The notes: generated from the letters alone by a model not told the origin. 63,861 nt of DNA, filler included, from an uncultured Synergistales bacterium (GCA_937897575.1; 12 parts of 12 records of this genome joined end to end with filler, not necessarily neighbours in it), one strand, 5' to 3'; counted from the whole stretch's first letter, positions 46,166-56,697 are shown. Program-made: numbers and translations.

Positions 46166-46265
46166 NNNNNNNNNNNNNNNNNNNNNNNNNNNNNNNNNNN
46201 NNNNNNNNNTTAATTAATTAANNNNNNNNNNNNNNNNNNNNNNNNNNNNNNNNNNNNNNNNNNNN

Positions 46266-47138
46266 GCCCTGCGCGCCATGGGCCTCGGTCGTCCTCTGCT
46301 CCTCCTCAGAATTCCCATGATCAGCGAACTGCCCTGGGTCCTGGACGTAGCGGACTGCAGCCTCGTCAGCATGGCCGAGACGGTCCGCGCGATGGAGCGA
46401 GGGTGTGCGGCGGCGGGCACGACCCATGAGGTGATCGTCATGATCGACCTTGGAGACCTCCGGGAGGGGCTCTGGCCCGACCGGACGGAGAGAGTGTGCG
46501 AAGCCCTGCGCGCCTGCCCCAGAGTGCGCTGCCGCGGCTTCGGCGCGAACTTCGGGTGCTTCGCCGGCGTTCTGCCCACGAAGAAGAAGCTCGAGGAGCT
46601 CCTCGCCGTCGCGCGGACGATGGAGCAGGCGCTCGGGTACCCCCTGAGGACCGTGTCGGGAGGGTCCACGTCATCCCTCGTCCTGCTCGATCGGGGCGAG
46701 ATCCCCCGAGGAGTGAACCACCTCCGCATCGGCGAGGGGATACTCCTCGGGACGGACGTCACCTCGTCGCGCGTCATCCCCTGGCTCCGTCAGCGGACCA
46801 TGTACCTCGAGGCCGAGGTCGTCGAAGTGCTGCGGAAGCCCTCCGTCCCGGTGGGCGATGTGGGCAGGGACGCCTTCGGCGGGACGCCGGTCTTTGAGGA
46901 CAAGGGGGAGCGCCTTCGGGCGATCGTCGCCGTCGGCCGGCAGGATGTTCGCATCGAAGGCCTCCGCCCGGAGCGGGACGGCGTTGCCGTGCTGGGCGGC
47001 TCAAGCGATCATCTTCTGCTCGACGTGGAGGACGCCGTCCCGGCGGTCTCCCCGGGCGAGACGCTGCGCTTCTTCCCCGACTACGGTGCCATGCTCGCCC
47101 TGTCCACGTCGCCCTATGTGGACTTCGAAATGGTATAG
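46266..47138 (+). CDS. Alanine/ornithine racemase family PLP enzyme (5' truncated)
   Basis: MIDLGDLREG, GANFGC..GVLP, SGGST, NHLRIGEGILLG and GGSSDH. Confidence 0.88.
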   Translation, partial: ALRAMGLGRPLLLLRIPMISELPWVLDVADCSLVSMAETVRAMERGCAAAGTTHEVIVMIDLGDLREGLWPDRTERVCEALRACPRVRCRGFGANFGCFAGVLPTKKKLEELLAVARTMEQALGYPLRTVSGGSTSSLVLLDRGEIPRGVNHLRIGEGILLGTDVTSSRVIPWLRQRTMYLEAEVVEVLRKPSVPVGDVGRDAFGGTPVFEDKGERLRAIVAVGRQDVRIEGLRPERDGVAVLGGSSDHLLLDVEDAVPAVSPGETLRFFPDYGAMLALSTSPYVDFEMV

Positions 47139-47179
47139 TTACATCGGTGGGAGAACTCATTCATCTTCGGAGACGGGAC

Positions 47180-47989
47180 ATGTTCGATTTTTTCGACTGG
47201 CAGGATATCATCGACATCGTCGTCATCACGATCGTCGTGTACAATCTTCTTCAGCTCATCGTGGGAACGAGGGCTGTACAGCTTGTCCGCGGCCTCCTCA
47301 TCATCGGCGTCTTCGCCGCCGCGGCGCGCATCTTCGACCTGCGGACCCTCTCCTGGTTTTTGGGCAAGGCCCTCGGGGTGCTCGTCGTCGCCATCCCAAT
47401 CGTCTTCCAGCCTGAACTGCGCAAGATGCTCGAGGAGCTCGGACGGGGCGGAGGGCTGTGGCAGAGGGGGAAGAAGGCGCAGGCCAGGGCGGAGAGCCTC
47501 AGCCACGAGGTCGCGCGGGCCATCAGCTACCTCAAGGGGCAGAAGATCGGAGCCCTGATCGTCCTTCAGCGCCGGACGGGACTGAAGGACTTCTGGCAGA
47601 CGGCCATCCGGCTGAACGCCGACATCTCCCAGGAACTCCTCATCTCCATCTTCTGGGAGGGAAACCCGCTCCACGACGGAGCGGTCATCATCGACCGTGA
47701 GGTCATCGTGGCCGCAAGCTGCTACCTTCCGCTCACGGAGAACGCGGATCTGTCGCGATGGATGGGGACGAGGCACAGGGCGGCCCTCGGGGTGACGGAG
47801 GTCTCCGACGCCATCTCCATCGTCGTGTCGGAAGAACGGGGAGAGATCTCCCTGGCCATCAACGGCCATCTCTCGAAGAATCTCAAGGAAGCGCAGATTC
47901 AGAAGCTTCTTCTGCACTACTTCGGTGGGGAAGAGGGGGAGAGCCGGTCCGTGCTCGGCCGGTTCAGAGAAGATGCGCGCCTCTCCTGA
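47180..47989 (+). CDS. cdaA: Diadenylate cyclase CdaA
   Basis: Three TM segments, FQPELR, PLHDGAVII and GTRHRAA. Confidence 0.95.
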   Translation: MFDFFDWQDIIDIVVITIVVYNLLQLIVGTRAVQLVRGLLIIGVFAAAARIFDLRTLSWFLGKALGVLVVAIPIVFQPELRKMLEELGRGGGLWQRGKKAQARAESLSHEVARAISYLKGQKIGALIVLQRRTGLKDFWQTAIRLNADISQELLISIFWEGNPLHDGAVIIDREVIVAASCYLPLTENADLSRWMGTRHRAALGVTEVSDAISIVVSEERGEISLAINGHLSKNLKEAQIQKLLLHYFGGEEGESRSVLGRFREDARLS

Positions 47990-48024
47990 GCCCCCTGAAG
48001 GCAAGGAGGTGCTGAAAGGGAACC

Positions 48025-49251
48025 ATGTCTGATCCCGGAAAGTTGGACGACTTCATCTCGTCCCCGCTCTTTCTCAAGATCCTCTCCGTGATCATCGCGT
48101 TCAGCTTCTGGTTTTACGCGACGGGCAGCAGGACGGAGGAGACGACGAGGACCATGACCGTCCCCGTCGAGTACGTCAACGCCCCTCCGCAGACGACGCT
48201 CAAAACGGCGGTGCGCGAGGCGCAGATCAGCCTGACCGGCCCGCAAAGAGTCCTTTCGTCGATTGAACAGGACTCCGTCTACTGCGAGGTGGACGCCCGG
48301 GGGCTCAGTGTGGGGCAGTATCGCCTTGCCGTCCATCCGGTGGTGCCGAAGAACGTGACGCTGACGGAGGTAAAGCCGACCCATGTGGATATCGAACTCG
48401 TCCGCTTCGTGGAACGGCTCGTGCCCGTGGAGGTCGTCGTGGAGAAAGAGCTTCCGGCGGGGCTCTACCTCGACATGGTCGAGGTCGTCCCGAAAAACGT
48501 GAGCGTCCGGGGGAGCGAAAAGGACCTCGCCAAGATCGGTTCGGCGCGCATAACGCCCACCATGGAAGAGCTCAGGGCGAGCGGAGAGCTTACCCTCGAG
48601 GTGACCCTCGTCCAGTCCGCGGAGTTCGAGGACGATGTGGTCGTCGAACCGCGCAGCGTGCGACTCAGGGCCGTCCTCGCCGAAGGACTTCCCAAAAAAG
48701 ACGTCCCGGTGAGCGCGAGAATCGTAGGAAAGCCGACGGATGACTACCGCCTCAAGGCGGTTGTCGTCGAACCGGCCATGGTGACCGTCGAAGGGCCCCT
48801 CGTCAAACTCAACGCCCTGAAAAAGATCGATACGGAGACCATCGACATCACCGACATCTCCAAGGAGCAGAGCATGGTCATCCCCCTGAGGATGCCGGAG
48901 GATCCTCTGCTGAAAGTCATCGGGACGACGTCCGTGCAGGTGAATGTGCTCCTCACGCCCTTTACGGTGACCCGCCTCATGTCGGGGCTCTCCGTCGCCG
49001 TCGAAGGGCGGAGCGTCTATCCCGGCTGGACCGTCGAGCCCGAGGCGGTCAGCGTGACGATCGAGGGTATCTCGTCGGAGATGAACGCGCTGGAGAGCAA
49101 GGAGCTGCTCGTGCAGCCCTATGTGAACGTGACGAACCTGGTCTCGCGGCGACTGACCGTCCCCGTCCTCGTCCGGAACTCTGCCGGCGGCAGGATACGG
49201 GTCGTGAAGGTCGAACCGGAGCGCGTAACAGTGATTGCGAACGTGCAGTGA
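48025..49251 (+). CDS. cdaR: CdaR (YbbR-repeat) regulator
   Basis: TM anchor plus repeated P..V.V.G YbbR units; lies between cdaA and glmM. Confidence 0.88.
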   Translation: MSDPGKLDDFISSPLFLKILSVIIAFSFWFYATGSRTEETTRTMTVPVEYVNAPPQTTLKTAVREAQISLTGPQRVLSSIEQDSVYCEVDARGLSVGQYRLAVHPVVPKNVTLTEVKPTHVDIELVRFVERLVPVEVVVEKELPAGLYLDMVEVVPKNVSVRGSEKDLAKIGSARITPTMEELRASGELTLEVTLVQSAEFEDDVVVEPRSVRLRAVLAEGLPKKDVPVSARIVGKPTDDYRLKAVVVEPAMVTVEGPLVKLNALKKIDTETIDITDISKEQSMVIPLRMPEDPLLKVIGTTSVQVNVLLTPFTVTRLMSGLSVAVEGRSVYPGWTVEPEAVSVTIEGISSEMNALESKELLVQPYVNVTNLVSRRLTVPVLVRNSAGGRIRVVKVEPERVTVIANVQ

Positions 49252-49277
49252 TCATGATACAGCGGGGTGAGTGCACC

Positions 49278-50639
49278 ATGGCTGAGGTGAAGAAAGTACG
49301 CTGCCTGTTTGGGACTGACGGAGTCCGGGATGTGGCGAACAGAGGGGACATGACGCCGGAGATGGCCCTCAGATTGGGGCGCTCCTACGTCCTCTATCTC
49401 ACGGAGCGGGGGATCCCCAGGCCCAGGATCGCCCTGGGCAGGGACACACGAAGGTCCGGGGAGATGCTCGAGGCAGCTCTTGCCGCCGGCATGACCTCTG
49501 CCGGCGCCGACGTCCTGCTCCTGGGCGTGATCCCCACTCCGGGAGTGAGCTACGCCGTCAAGGCGCTCGAGGCCAGCGGCGGCTCCGTGATCAGCGCCTC
49601 CCACAACCCGGCGGAGTACAACGGCATCAAGTTCCTCGACGGCAAGGGGTGCAAGCTGTCCGACGAGACGGAGGCCACCATCGAGGAGTACATGGGGGAC
49701 AACCTCACGGACGACTGGAGGCCGACGGGCGCCTCCGTGGGCGTCTTCCAGCATGCTTTCGACGCTGCGGAGGAGTACGGCCGGTGGGTCGCCTCCCTGT
49801 GGGGATCGGAGCACGCCTTCTTCCACACAGGCGTTGTGGACTGTGCCCACGGCGCCGCCGTCCAAGTAGCCCGGTCCGTCTTCCGCGCGCTCGGAGACGG
49901 ATGGATCTTCATCGGGGACGAGCCGGACGGGTTGAACATCAACGAAGGGGTGGGCGTCATGAAGATGGGGCACCTCGGCGCGGCGGTCCGCGCGCGCCAC
50001 GCCCCCTTGGGGATCGCCTACGACGGAGATGCCGACAGAACCCTTCTCTGCGACGGGAAGGGGAGGACCATCAACGGCGATATCATGCTCTGGATCATAG
50101 CCAAATGGCTCCGCTCGCTCGGAGAGCTGGGCGGGGGCGTGGTGGCGACGGTCATGAGCAATATGGCCCTGGAGGACCATCTTAAGAAGGAGGGCGTCCC
50201 TCTCTACCGTTGCCCCGTGGGCGACCGGTATGTGGTGGAGACCATGACGGACAGGGGAGCCAAACTCGGCGGAGAGCAGTCCGGCCATGTGATCGCCTCC
50301 TCCTTCGTCAACACAGGGGACGGCCTCTGCACGAGCCTGCTGTTCCTGAAGGCATGCCTCGTCCTCGGCGAAGAGATCGACACCCTGGTGGACCGCTTCG
50401 ACCCCTACCCTCAATTGCTTCGGAACGTGGACGTGGCGAAGGGCACGGTGATCGACGGAGCATTCATGGAGGACCTCGTTACCCGGGGGGAGAAGCTCCT
50501 TGCCGGAGCTGGGCGCGTCCTCATACGCCCCTCGGGGACGGAGCCGCTTCTGAGGGTCCTCGTGGAGGCGAAGGATCAGGTCGTGATGGAAAACGTCTCG
50601 CAGGTGCTCGTCAACGCCGTACAGGAGCGGTACCGATGA
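49278..50639 (+). CDS. glmM: Phosphoglucosamine mutase
   Basis: FGTDGVR, ISASHNP, DGDADR, GGEQSGH and RPSGTEP. Confidence 0.95.
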   Translation: MAEVKKVRCLFGTDGVRDVANRGDMTPEMALRLGRSYVLYLTERGIPRPRIALGRDTRRSGEMLEAALAAGMTSAGADVLLLGVIPTPGVSYAVKALEASGGSVISASHNPAEYNGIKFLDGKGCKLSDETEATIEEYMGDNLTDDWRPTGASVGVFQHAFDAAEEYGRWVASLWGSEHAFFHTGVVDCAHGAAVQVARSVFRALGDGWIFIGDEPDGLNINEGVGVMKMGHLGAAVRARHAPLGIAYDGDADRTLLCDGKGRTINGDIMLWIIAKWLRSLGELGGGVVATVMSNMALEDHLKKEGVPLYRCPVGDRYVVETMTDRGAKLGGEQSGHVIASSFVNTGDGLCTSLLFLKACLVLGEEIDTLVDRFDPYPQLLRNVDVAKGTVIDGAFMEDLVTRGEKLLAGAGRVLIRPSGTEPLLRVLVEAKDQVVMENVSQVLVNAVQERYR

Positions 50640-51520
50640 ACAGAAGAGAGACCGGGTCCGCCTCGTCCATCACGAAGTGTCTCTTCCCCGTGGCTGGCCT
50701 CGGGACGCGGTTCCTCCCCGCGACGAAGGAGATCGCCAAGGAGATGCTCCCCCTCGTCGACCGCCCCATCATCGCCTATGGCGTCGACGAAGCTCTTTCG
50801 GCGGGGTGCCGGGAGATGGTCATGATCACGGGACGGACCAAGAAGTCCATCGAGGACTACTTCGACCGCTCCTACGAGCTGGAGGAGCTCCTGAAGGCGA
50901 GGAACAAGAAGACCTTGTACGAGAAGGTCATCGCCCTCTCGGAGCTGGGCGATTTCATCTATCTCCGCCAACACAGCCCACTCGGGCTGGGGCATGCCGT
51001 GCTCTGCGGCGAACCGGTGTGCAGGAACGAGTACTTCGGCGTCATCCTGCCCGACGACGTGATGATCGCCGAACCGTCGGTCCTGTCGCAGCTTCTCGCG
51101 GTGCACGAGGAGCGCGGAGGAAGCGTGCTCGCCCTGGAGGAAGTCCCCCGGGAGGAGACCTCGCGATACGGGATCGTCGTCGGCACGGAGGTAGCCCCGG
51201 GCGTGTACTCCATCTCCGACATGGTCGAAAAACCAGCTCCAGAGGACGCTCCGAGCACCCTCGCCATCATGGGGCGATACATTCTGTCGCCCGCCATCTT
51301 CCCCATCCTTGCCCGGCAAAAACCGGGAGCGGGAGGGGAGATCCAGCTCACCGACGGTGTCCGGACCCTTCTGTCGGAAGAACCCGTTTGGGGCGTCGTG
51401 TATAATGGACGGCGGTTCGACTGCGGCACGCAGCAGGGGTGGCTTTCGGCCAATATCCGTCTTGCCATGGAAAATCCTCTTTTGCGGGAGGTGGTGCGTC
51501 AGGCGATCATAGAAGAGTGA
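50636..51520 (+). CDS. galU: UTP-glucose-1-phosphate uridylyltransferase
   Basis: PVAGLGTRFLPATK..KEMLP, LGLGHAV and GEIQLTD. Confidence 0.95.
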   Translation: MNRRETGSASSITKCLFPVAGLGTRFLPATKEIAKEMLPLVDRPIIAYGVDEALSAGCREMVMITGRTKKSIEDYFDRSYELEELLKARNKKTLYEKVIALSELGDFIYLRQHSPLGLGHAVLCGEPVCRNEYFGVILPDDVMIAEPSVLSQLLAVHEERGGSVLALEEVPREETSRYGIVVGTEVAPGVYSISDMVEKPAPEDAPSTLAIMGRYILSPAIFPILARQKPGAGGEIQLTDGVRTLLSEEPVWGVVYNGRRFDCGTQQGWLSANIRLAMENPLLREVVRQAIIEE

Positions 51521-51542
51521 GGGAACAGCGCGGATAGTGTGT

Positions 51543-51690
51543 AAAGCGCCTGCACCGGCCTTTGCCGGTGGACGAGGACGGAGGACGATCGAATCATCGG
51601 CGGATGCCTCCGGGGTTTCGAGGGAGAACCCGCAAAGCGGACCTGCAAAAGCGGAGAGCAATCTCCGTGACAAAGGGGAAGCGGTCCCTC
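51543..51690 (+). ncRNA. glmS ribozyme (GlcN6P-activated)
   Basis: A^GCGCC cleavage site (51545/51546), P1 CACCGGC/GCCGGTG, GACGAGG, GGAGG..ATCGA..TCGGCGGATGCCTCC and downstream GACAAAG; directly 5' of glmS. Confidence 0.93.
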
Positions 51691-51721
51691 GTTTGTGCAG
51701 TAGAGAGTGGAGGAATGCATA

Positions 51722-52284
51722 ATGTGCGGAATAGTTGGGTACGTCGGGCCGAGAAACGCCGTCGACGTGTTGATCGGCGGGCTTCACAGCCTTGAGTACA
51801 GAGGGTACGACTCGGCGGGCATTGCCGTGATGGACGAGTCCAGGGAGTTTAGTATCGTGAAGGGGGTCGGCAAGGTGTCCGACCTGCAGTCCCTTCTCTC
51901 GGGGAAATCCCTCTCGGCCAACGAGGGGATCGGCCATACCCGGTGGGCGACCCACGGCGGGGTAACCGAGGTGAACGCGCACCCCCACAGCGATCTGTCG
52001 TCGCGTATCGTCCTCGTCCACAACGGCATCGTGGAGAACTATCGGGAGATACGCGATGAGCTGGCCCGCGAGGGGCACAGAGGGTTCAAGTCCGAGACGG
52101 ACACGGAGATCATCGCCGAACTCCTCGCCGTGCTCTACAAGAATGATATGGTCCAGGCGCTCGTCGAGCTCCATGCTCGTCTGAGAGGCTCCTTCGCCCT
52201 GGCCATCATGGCGAAGGACGCCCCGGACAAGATCTACTGCCTCAGGAAGGGCTCGCCCCTCGTCGTCGGCGTGTCGCGGTCGGG
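51722..52284 (+). CDS. glmS: Glutamine-fructose-6-phosphate aminotransferase (3' truncated)
   Basis: MCGIVG, LEYRGYDSAG and GHTRWATHG. Confidence 0.97.
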
Positions 52285-52384
52285 NNNNNNNNNNNNNNNN
52301 NNNNNNNNNNNNNNNNNNNNNNNNNNNNTTAATTAATTAANNNNNNNNNNNNNNNNNNNNNNNNNNNNNNNNNNNNNNNNNNNN

Positions 52385-52726
52385 GCGCTGCTCCTCATCG
52401 TCGGGGGCAACATGATCCGGGAGTCCTTCGGTACGGAGGATCCGACCTGTACGCCCACGGACCCCTCCTGCGGAGTTCCGTTGCTCACCGTTGCCCTTGC
52501 CACGTCCATCGATGCTCTGGCGGTGGGGATCAGCTTTGCCGCCGTGAACGCCTCCGTCCTCGTGCTGGCCGTCGCCGCGGGCCTCATCACCGCCGTGCTC
52601 TGCTTCTGCGGCGTCCTGGCGGGCGGACGGGTCGGCGGGTATCTGGGCAAGCGGGTGGAGTTCGCCGGCGGACTTGTCCTCTGCCTCATAGGCCTGAACA
52701 TCCTTCGGGCGCACCTTCTGGCATGA
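52385..52726 (+). CDS. mntP: Manganese efflux pump MntP, C-terminal part
   Basis: ALATSIDALAVGIS and GKRVEFAGGLVL. Confidence 0.88.
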   Translation, partial: ALLLIVGGNMIRESFGTEDPTCTPTDPSCGVPLLTVALATSIDALAVGISFAAVNASVLVLAVAAGLITAVLCFCGVLAGGRVGGYLGKRVEFAGGLVLCLIGLNILRAHLLA

Positions 52727-53016
52727 TGGACAGAGAGGCCTGGGTCTACATACTTCGCTGTTCCGACGGGACGTTCTACACGGGCTGGACCTTCGACCTC
52801 CAGATTCGCCTGACGGCCCACAATAACGGAAAAGGGGCCAGGTACGTTCTGTCGAGGCGCCCTGTCGAGCTCGTCTATCGGGAGGCCGTGGTGTCACGAA
52901 GCGCCGCCCTTCGCCGGGAGCTGGAGATAAAGCGGATGGCCAGGACGGCCAAAGAGGACCTGGTGCGCTCCTTTCAGCGGAGGGAACCCTTGGATCCTGA
53001 AGGAAAAGGACTATAA
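52723..53016 (+). CDS. GIY-YIG nuclease (UPF0213/YhbQ-like)
   Basis: VYILRCSDGTFYTGWT..R..HNNGKGARY. Confidence 0.9.
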   Translation: MMDREAWVYILRCSDGTFYTGWTFDLQIRLTAHNNGKGARYVLSRRPVELVYREAVVSRSAALRRELEIKRMARTAKEDLVRSFQRREPLDPEGKGL

Positions 53017-53085
53017 TACCGGAGGGCGCCGGAGTGCGGCGACGGAAAGGCGCCTGGTCAGTACCCCTGAAGGGAGGGCATCGCC

Positions 53086-54036
53086 ATGATTGCCATAGTG
53101 AAGACCTATGAGGACGGAGTGAGCAGGGAGATGTCCCTTGAGGAGCTGGATCAGGGCGCCTGGATCAGCATGGTCTCTCCGTCCCGGGGCGAGATGGAGT
53201 CCGTGAGCGCCGCGACGGGCGTCCCCTTCGACGTGCTGACCGCCGCCCTCGACCCGGAGGAGACGTCCCGAATCGAATCCGACGAGGGGTATATCCTCGT
53301 CGTGATCAACGTTCCCAAGGTCGAAGGGAACTACAAGTTCGACGCCATCCCCATGGGCATCATCGTCACGAAGCACAATGTCATTACGGTCTGCCTGGAG
53401 CACAACGACATCCTGCCCTCGGGCGCCGCGGTCATGGGGGGGTTCTCCACCTTCAAGCGGACCCGGTTCCTCTTCCTGATCCTCTTCCGCGCCGCGACGT
53501 TCTTCCTGAAGTACCTGGTGCAGATCGACCGCCGCTCCAGCGTCATCGAGGCCAACCTGCGGCAGTCCATGCGAAACGAGGAGCTCTTTCAGCTGCTCGA
53601 CCTCGCGAAGAGCTTGACTTACTTCACAAGCGCCCTTCGGACGAACCGGTCCGTTGTGGACAAACTCATCCGGATCTGTTCGAATATCCAGATGCACGAT
53701 CTGATCAAGGTCCGCGAGGAGGACGAGGAGCTCCTCGAGGACGTGAAGATCGAGTACGATCAGGCCTACGAGATGGTGCAGATGTACAGCAACATCCTCA
53801 GCGGCACCATGGACGCCTTCGCCTCCATCATCTCGAACAACCTCAACATCGTCATGAAATTCCTCGCCTCCGTCACCATCATCCTGGCCATACCCACGGT
53901 GGTGTCCAGTCTCTGGGGGATGAACGTCCCAGTCCCCTTCACGAGCCACCCCATCGGTTTCATGATCGTCTCGGGCATCGCCTTCTTCGCCGCCCTGACG
54001 GCGGCCGTCTACCTTCTGAAGAAGAAGATGTTCTGA
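53086..54036 (+). CDS. corA: CorA family Mg2+ transporter
   Basis: SNNLNIVMK..PT..WGMN plus two TM segments. Confidence 0.93.
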   Translation: MIAIVKTYEDGVSREMSLEELDQGAWISMVSPSRGEMESVSAATGVPFDVLTAALDPEETSRIESDEGYILVVINVPKVEGNYKFDAIPMGIIVTKHNVITVCLEHNDILPSGAAVMGGFSTFKRTRFLFLILFRAATFFLKYLVQIDRRSSVIEANLRQSMRNEELFQLLDLAKSLTYFTSALRTNRSVVDKLIRICSNIQMHDLIKVREEDEELLEDVKIEYDQAYEMVQMYSNILSGTMDAFASIISNNLNIVMKFLASVTIILAIPTVVSSLWGMNVPVPFTSHPIGFMIVSGIAFFAALTAAVYLLKKKMF

Positions 54037-54047
54037 ACCACATGGAC

Positions 54048-54098
54048 GAAGAGAGAGGCGAGGGGGAGCCGCTGCGGCTCCCCCTCGCCCCTCTCTTC
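54048..54098. terminator. Long hairpin between convergent corA and thiolase
   Basis: GAAGAGAGAGGCGAGGGGAGCCGC/GCGGCTCCCCTCGCCCCTCTCTTC. Confidence 0.7.
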
Positions 54099-54116
54099 GC
54101 AGTGTGTCGGTTTCGA

Positions 54117-55298
54117 TCAAAGGTTCCTGAGGACGATGGCCTCGCCCTGTCCGCCTCCGATGCAGGCGCTGACGATGCCGAACTCCTTCTTCTGGTCCTT
54201 CAGGGCATAGAGGAGCGTCGCGAGGATCTTGCCCCCCGTGGCGCCGATGGGGTGCCCAAGGGCGATGGCTCCGCCGTGGGGGTTCAGCAGGTCCATGTCG
54301 AACTTGAGCTCCCGGTGGCAGGCGATGATCTGGGCCGCGAAGGCCTCGTTGATCTCGATCAGCTCCATGTCGCACAGGGACATCTTGGCCATGGCGAGGG
54401 CCTTCGGGATGGCGACGATGGGGCCGAGGCCCATGTGGACCGCGTCGAGCGCGCCGCTGGCATACCCGACGATCTCGGCCAGAGGCGTATACCCGTTCGC
54501 CTTTGCCCAGTCGCCGTCGGCTACCACATAGGCGCTTCCGGCGTCGCAGAGCGCCGAGCTGGACCCGGCCGAGATGGTCCCGTCCTTCTTGTAGATGGGC
54601 GGCAGCTTCGAGAGCGCCTCGAGGCTCGTGTCGCCCCTGGGGTTCTCGTCGGTGTCGACGACGATGGTCCCCTTCTTCCGGTCCTGGATCTCCACGGGGA
54701 CGATCTCCTCTTTGAACTTTCCGCCCTCGATGGCCGCCACGGCCTTCCTGTGGCTGGAGAGCGCGTACTCGTCCTGCTCCTGCCGCGAGATGGAGTACTC
54801 CTGGACGAGGATCTCCGCCGTGGCCCCCATCATCATGTCGGCCAGAGGACACATGAAGCCGTCCTTGTGGAGGGAGTCCTCGGCCTTCTTCTCGCCCATG
54901 CGGAAGCCCCAGCGGGCGTCGGCCAGAAGGTAGGGGACGTTCGAGGCGCTCTCCATCCCCCCGGCGACGACGGCCTTCGCGTCGCCGAGCCGGATCAGGT
55001 TCGCGGCCAGCATGCCTGTCTTGAGGCTCGAGCCGCAGCGCTTATTGACCGTAAAGGCGGGGATGGACTCCGGCAATCCGGCGCGGAACATGGCGATCCG
55101 GGCCGGGTTGGCGCCGACGCCGGCCTGCCAGCCGTTCCCCAGGATGACCTCGCCGATGTCCTCGGGAGAAACGCCCGAACGGCGAACCGCCTCCGCAACG
55201 GCGAATGCCCCGAGGTCCGGAGCCTGGAAGTTCTTGAGGCCCCCTCCGAACTTTCCTCCCGCCGTCCGGCATGCGCTGATGATGACTGGTGTGCCCAC
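54117..55298 (-). CDS. Acetyl-CoA acetyltransferase (thiolase)
   Basis: NKRCGS, NEAF, GGAIALGHPIGATG and CIGGGQG. Confidence 0.95.
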   Translation of the reverse strand: MGTPVIISACRTAGGKFGGGLKNFQAPDLGAFAVAEAVRRSGVSPEDIGEVILGNGWQAGVGANPARIAMFRAGLPESIPAFTVNKRCGSSLKTGMLAANLIRLGDAKAVVAGGMESASNVPYLLADARWGFRMGEKKAEDSLHKDGFMCPLADMMMGATAEILVQEYSISRQEQDEYALSSHRKAVAAIEGGKFKEEIVPVEIQDRKKGTIVVDTDENPRGDTSLEALSKLPPIYKKDGTISAGSSSALCDAGSAYVVADGDWAKANGYTPLAEIVGYASGALDAVHMGLGPIVAIPKALAMAKMSLCDMELIEINEAFAAQIIACHRELKFDMDLLNPHGGAIALGHPIGATGGKILATLLYALKDQKKEFGIVSACIGGGQGEAIVLRNL

Positions 55299-55314
55299 GA
55301 TGGATTCCTCCTCT

Positions 55315-55989
55315 CTATTCGATACCCTTCATAAGGCAGAGATCGGGCGATACGACGTACTCCATGGTTGTGTTCGCCTGAATCTCCTCCTTGGTCACCT
55401 CTGGTGCGATCTCGCAGAGCGTCATCACTCCGTCGGTCTTCCGCATGACGCAGAACTCCGTCACGATCACGCTGACGACGCCCTTGCCGGTGAGGGGGAG
55501 CGTGCACTTCTGCACGAGCTTGGGACGCCCCTTCTTGTCGCAGTGCGTTGTGGCGACGTAGACGTGTTTCGCTCCCGTGACGAGGTCCATAGCGCCGCCC
55601 ATCCCCGGGACCATCTTCCCCGGAATCATCCAGTTTGCAAGATCTCCCTGGCCATCCACCTCCAGCGCGCCGAGGACTGTGGCGTCGAGGTGTCCCCCGC
55701 GGATGAGCCCGAAGCTCATGTCGCTCGCGACGATGGACGAGCCTGGAATGAGGGAGAGGCAGCGCCCTCCGGCGCCGATGAAGCGAAGGTCGTCCACGCA
55801 GGGTTTTGGGCCCGCGCCCACCACACCGTTCTCCGTCTGCAGGACGACGGTCTTTCCCTCGGGCACGTAGTCGGACACGAGCGTCGGTATCCCTATGCCG
55901 AGGTTCACCACGGCGCCGTCATCCAGGTCCATGGCGATGCGTTTGGCTATGCGATGGCGGATGATCTCTTCATCAAGTTCGGGTAGCAT
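55315..55989 (-). CDS. 3-oxoacid/acetoacetate CoA-transferase subunit B
   Basis: NLGIGIP, TENG and GMGGAMDL. Confidence 0.93.
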   Translation of the reverse strand: MLPELDEEIIRHRIAKRIAMDLDDGAVVNLGIGIPTLVSDYVPEGKTVVLQTENGVVGAGPKPCVDDLRFIGAGGRCLSLIPGSSIVASDMSFGLIRGGHLDATVLGALEVDGQGDLANWMIPGKMVPGMGGAMDLVTGAKHVYVATTHCDKKGRPKLVQKCTLPLTGKGVVSVIVTEFCVMRKTDGVMTLCEIAPEVTKEEIQANTTMEYVVSPDLCLMKGIE

Positions 55990-56680
55990 AGTATCCGTCT
56001 CCTTTCAACACGAGGATGTCCACGAGCATGCCGGGCGTGACGATCTGGTTCGCGTCGATCTCGCCCTGGGGAACTATGGCGTCCACCTCGGCGATGACGA
56101 GCTCCGCCGCCGCCGCCATGGCCGGGTTGAAGTTCCTCCCCGTCCCGAAGTACGTGAGGTTGCCCCAGCGGTCTGCCCTGTAGCCCCGGAGAAGCGCCAC
56201 GTCCGCCTTCAGAGGCAACTCGAGGATGTACTCCCGGCCCTCCACCTCGAGGACCTGTTTCCCCTCGGCATGGATCGTCCCCACGCCCGTGGGAGTGAGG
56301 AAGCCGCCGAGGCCGAACCCTCCGCACCGGATTCTCTCGACGAAGGACCCCTGGGGGACCAGTTCGAGCTCCAGCTTGCCCTCGTTGTACAGCTTTTGGG
56401 TCATCCGGTTCAGGCCGATATGGGACGCGGTGACCTTGCGGCACTGCCCGTTCACCACGAGCTGCCCGTGCCCGACGCCCTCCGGGTGCTCGTCGTTGGC
56501 GTACAGGGTGTCGTTGGATATGAGATGAAGATTTTTCGTCCCCTGGGCCACAAGGGCGTCGATGAGCGTGTAGGGGACGCCCGCGTAGTTGAAGCCGCCC
56601 ACCATGACGGAGGCTCCGTCATGGATGTGCCGCACCGCTTCCTCTGCCGACATGACCGGCTTGATCAGTTTGCCTCCCAT
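55973..56680 (-). CDS. 3-oxoacid/acetoacetate CoA-transferase subunit A
   Basis: MVGGF, PQGSFVERIRCGGFG, TPTGVGT and RNFNPAMA. Confidence 0.93.
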   Translation of the reverse strand: MGGKLIKPVMSAEEAVRHIHDGASVMVGGFNYAGVPYTLIDALVAQGTKNLHLISNDTLYANDEHPEGVGHGQLVVNGQCRKVTASHIGLNRMTQKLYNEGKLELELVPQGSFVERIRCGGFGLGGFLTPTGVGTIHAEGKQVLEVEGREYILELPLKADVALLRGYRADRWGNLTYFGTGRNFNPAMAAAAELVIAEVDAIVPQGEIDANQIVTPGMLVDILVLKGDGYYATRT

Positions 56681-56697
56681 AGCGTGTCAATACCTCC

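Noticed and set aside
52723..53016. GIY-YIG ORF as a homing endonuclease or mobile element
   Set aside because: Short stand-alone UPF0213-type housekeeping protein with no intron context
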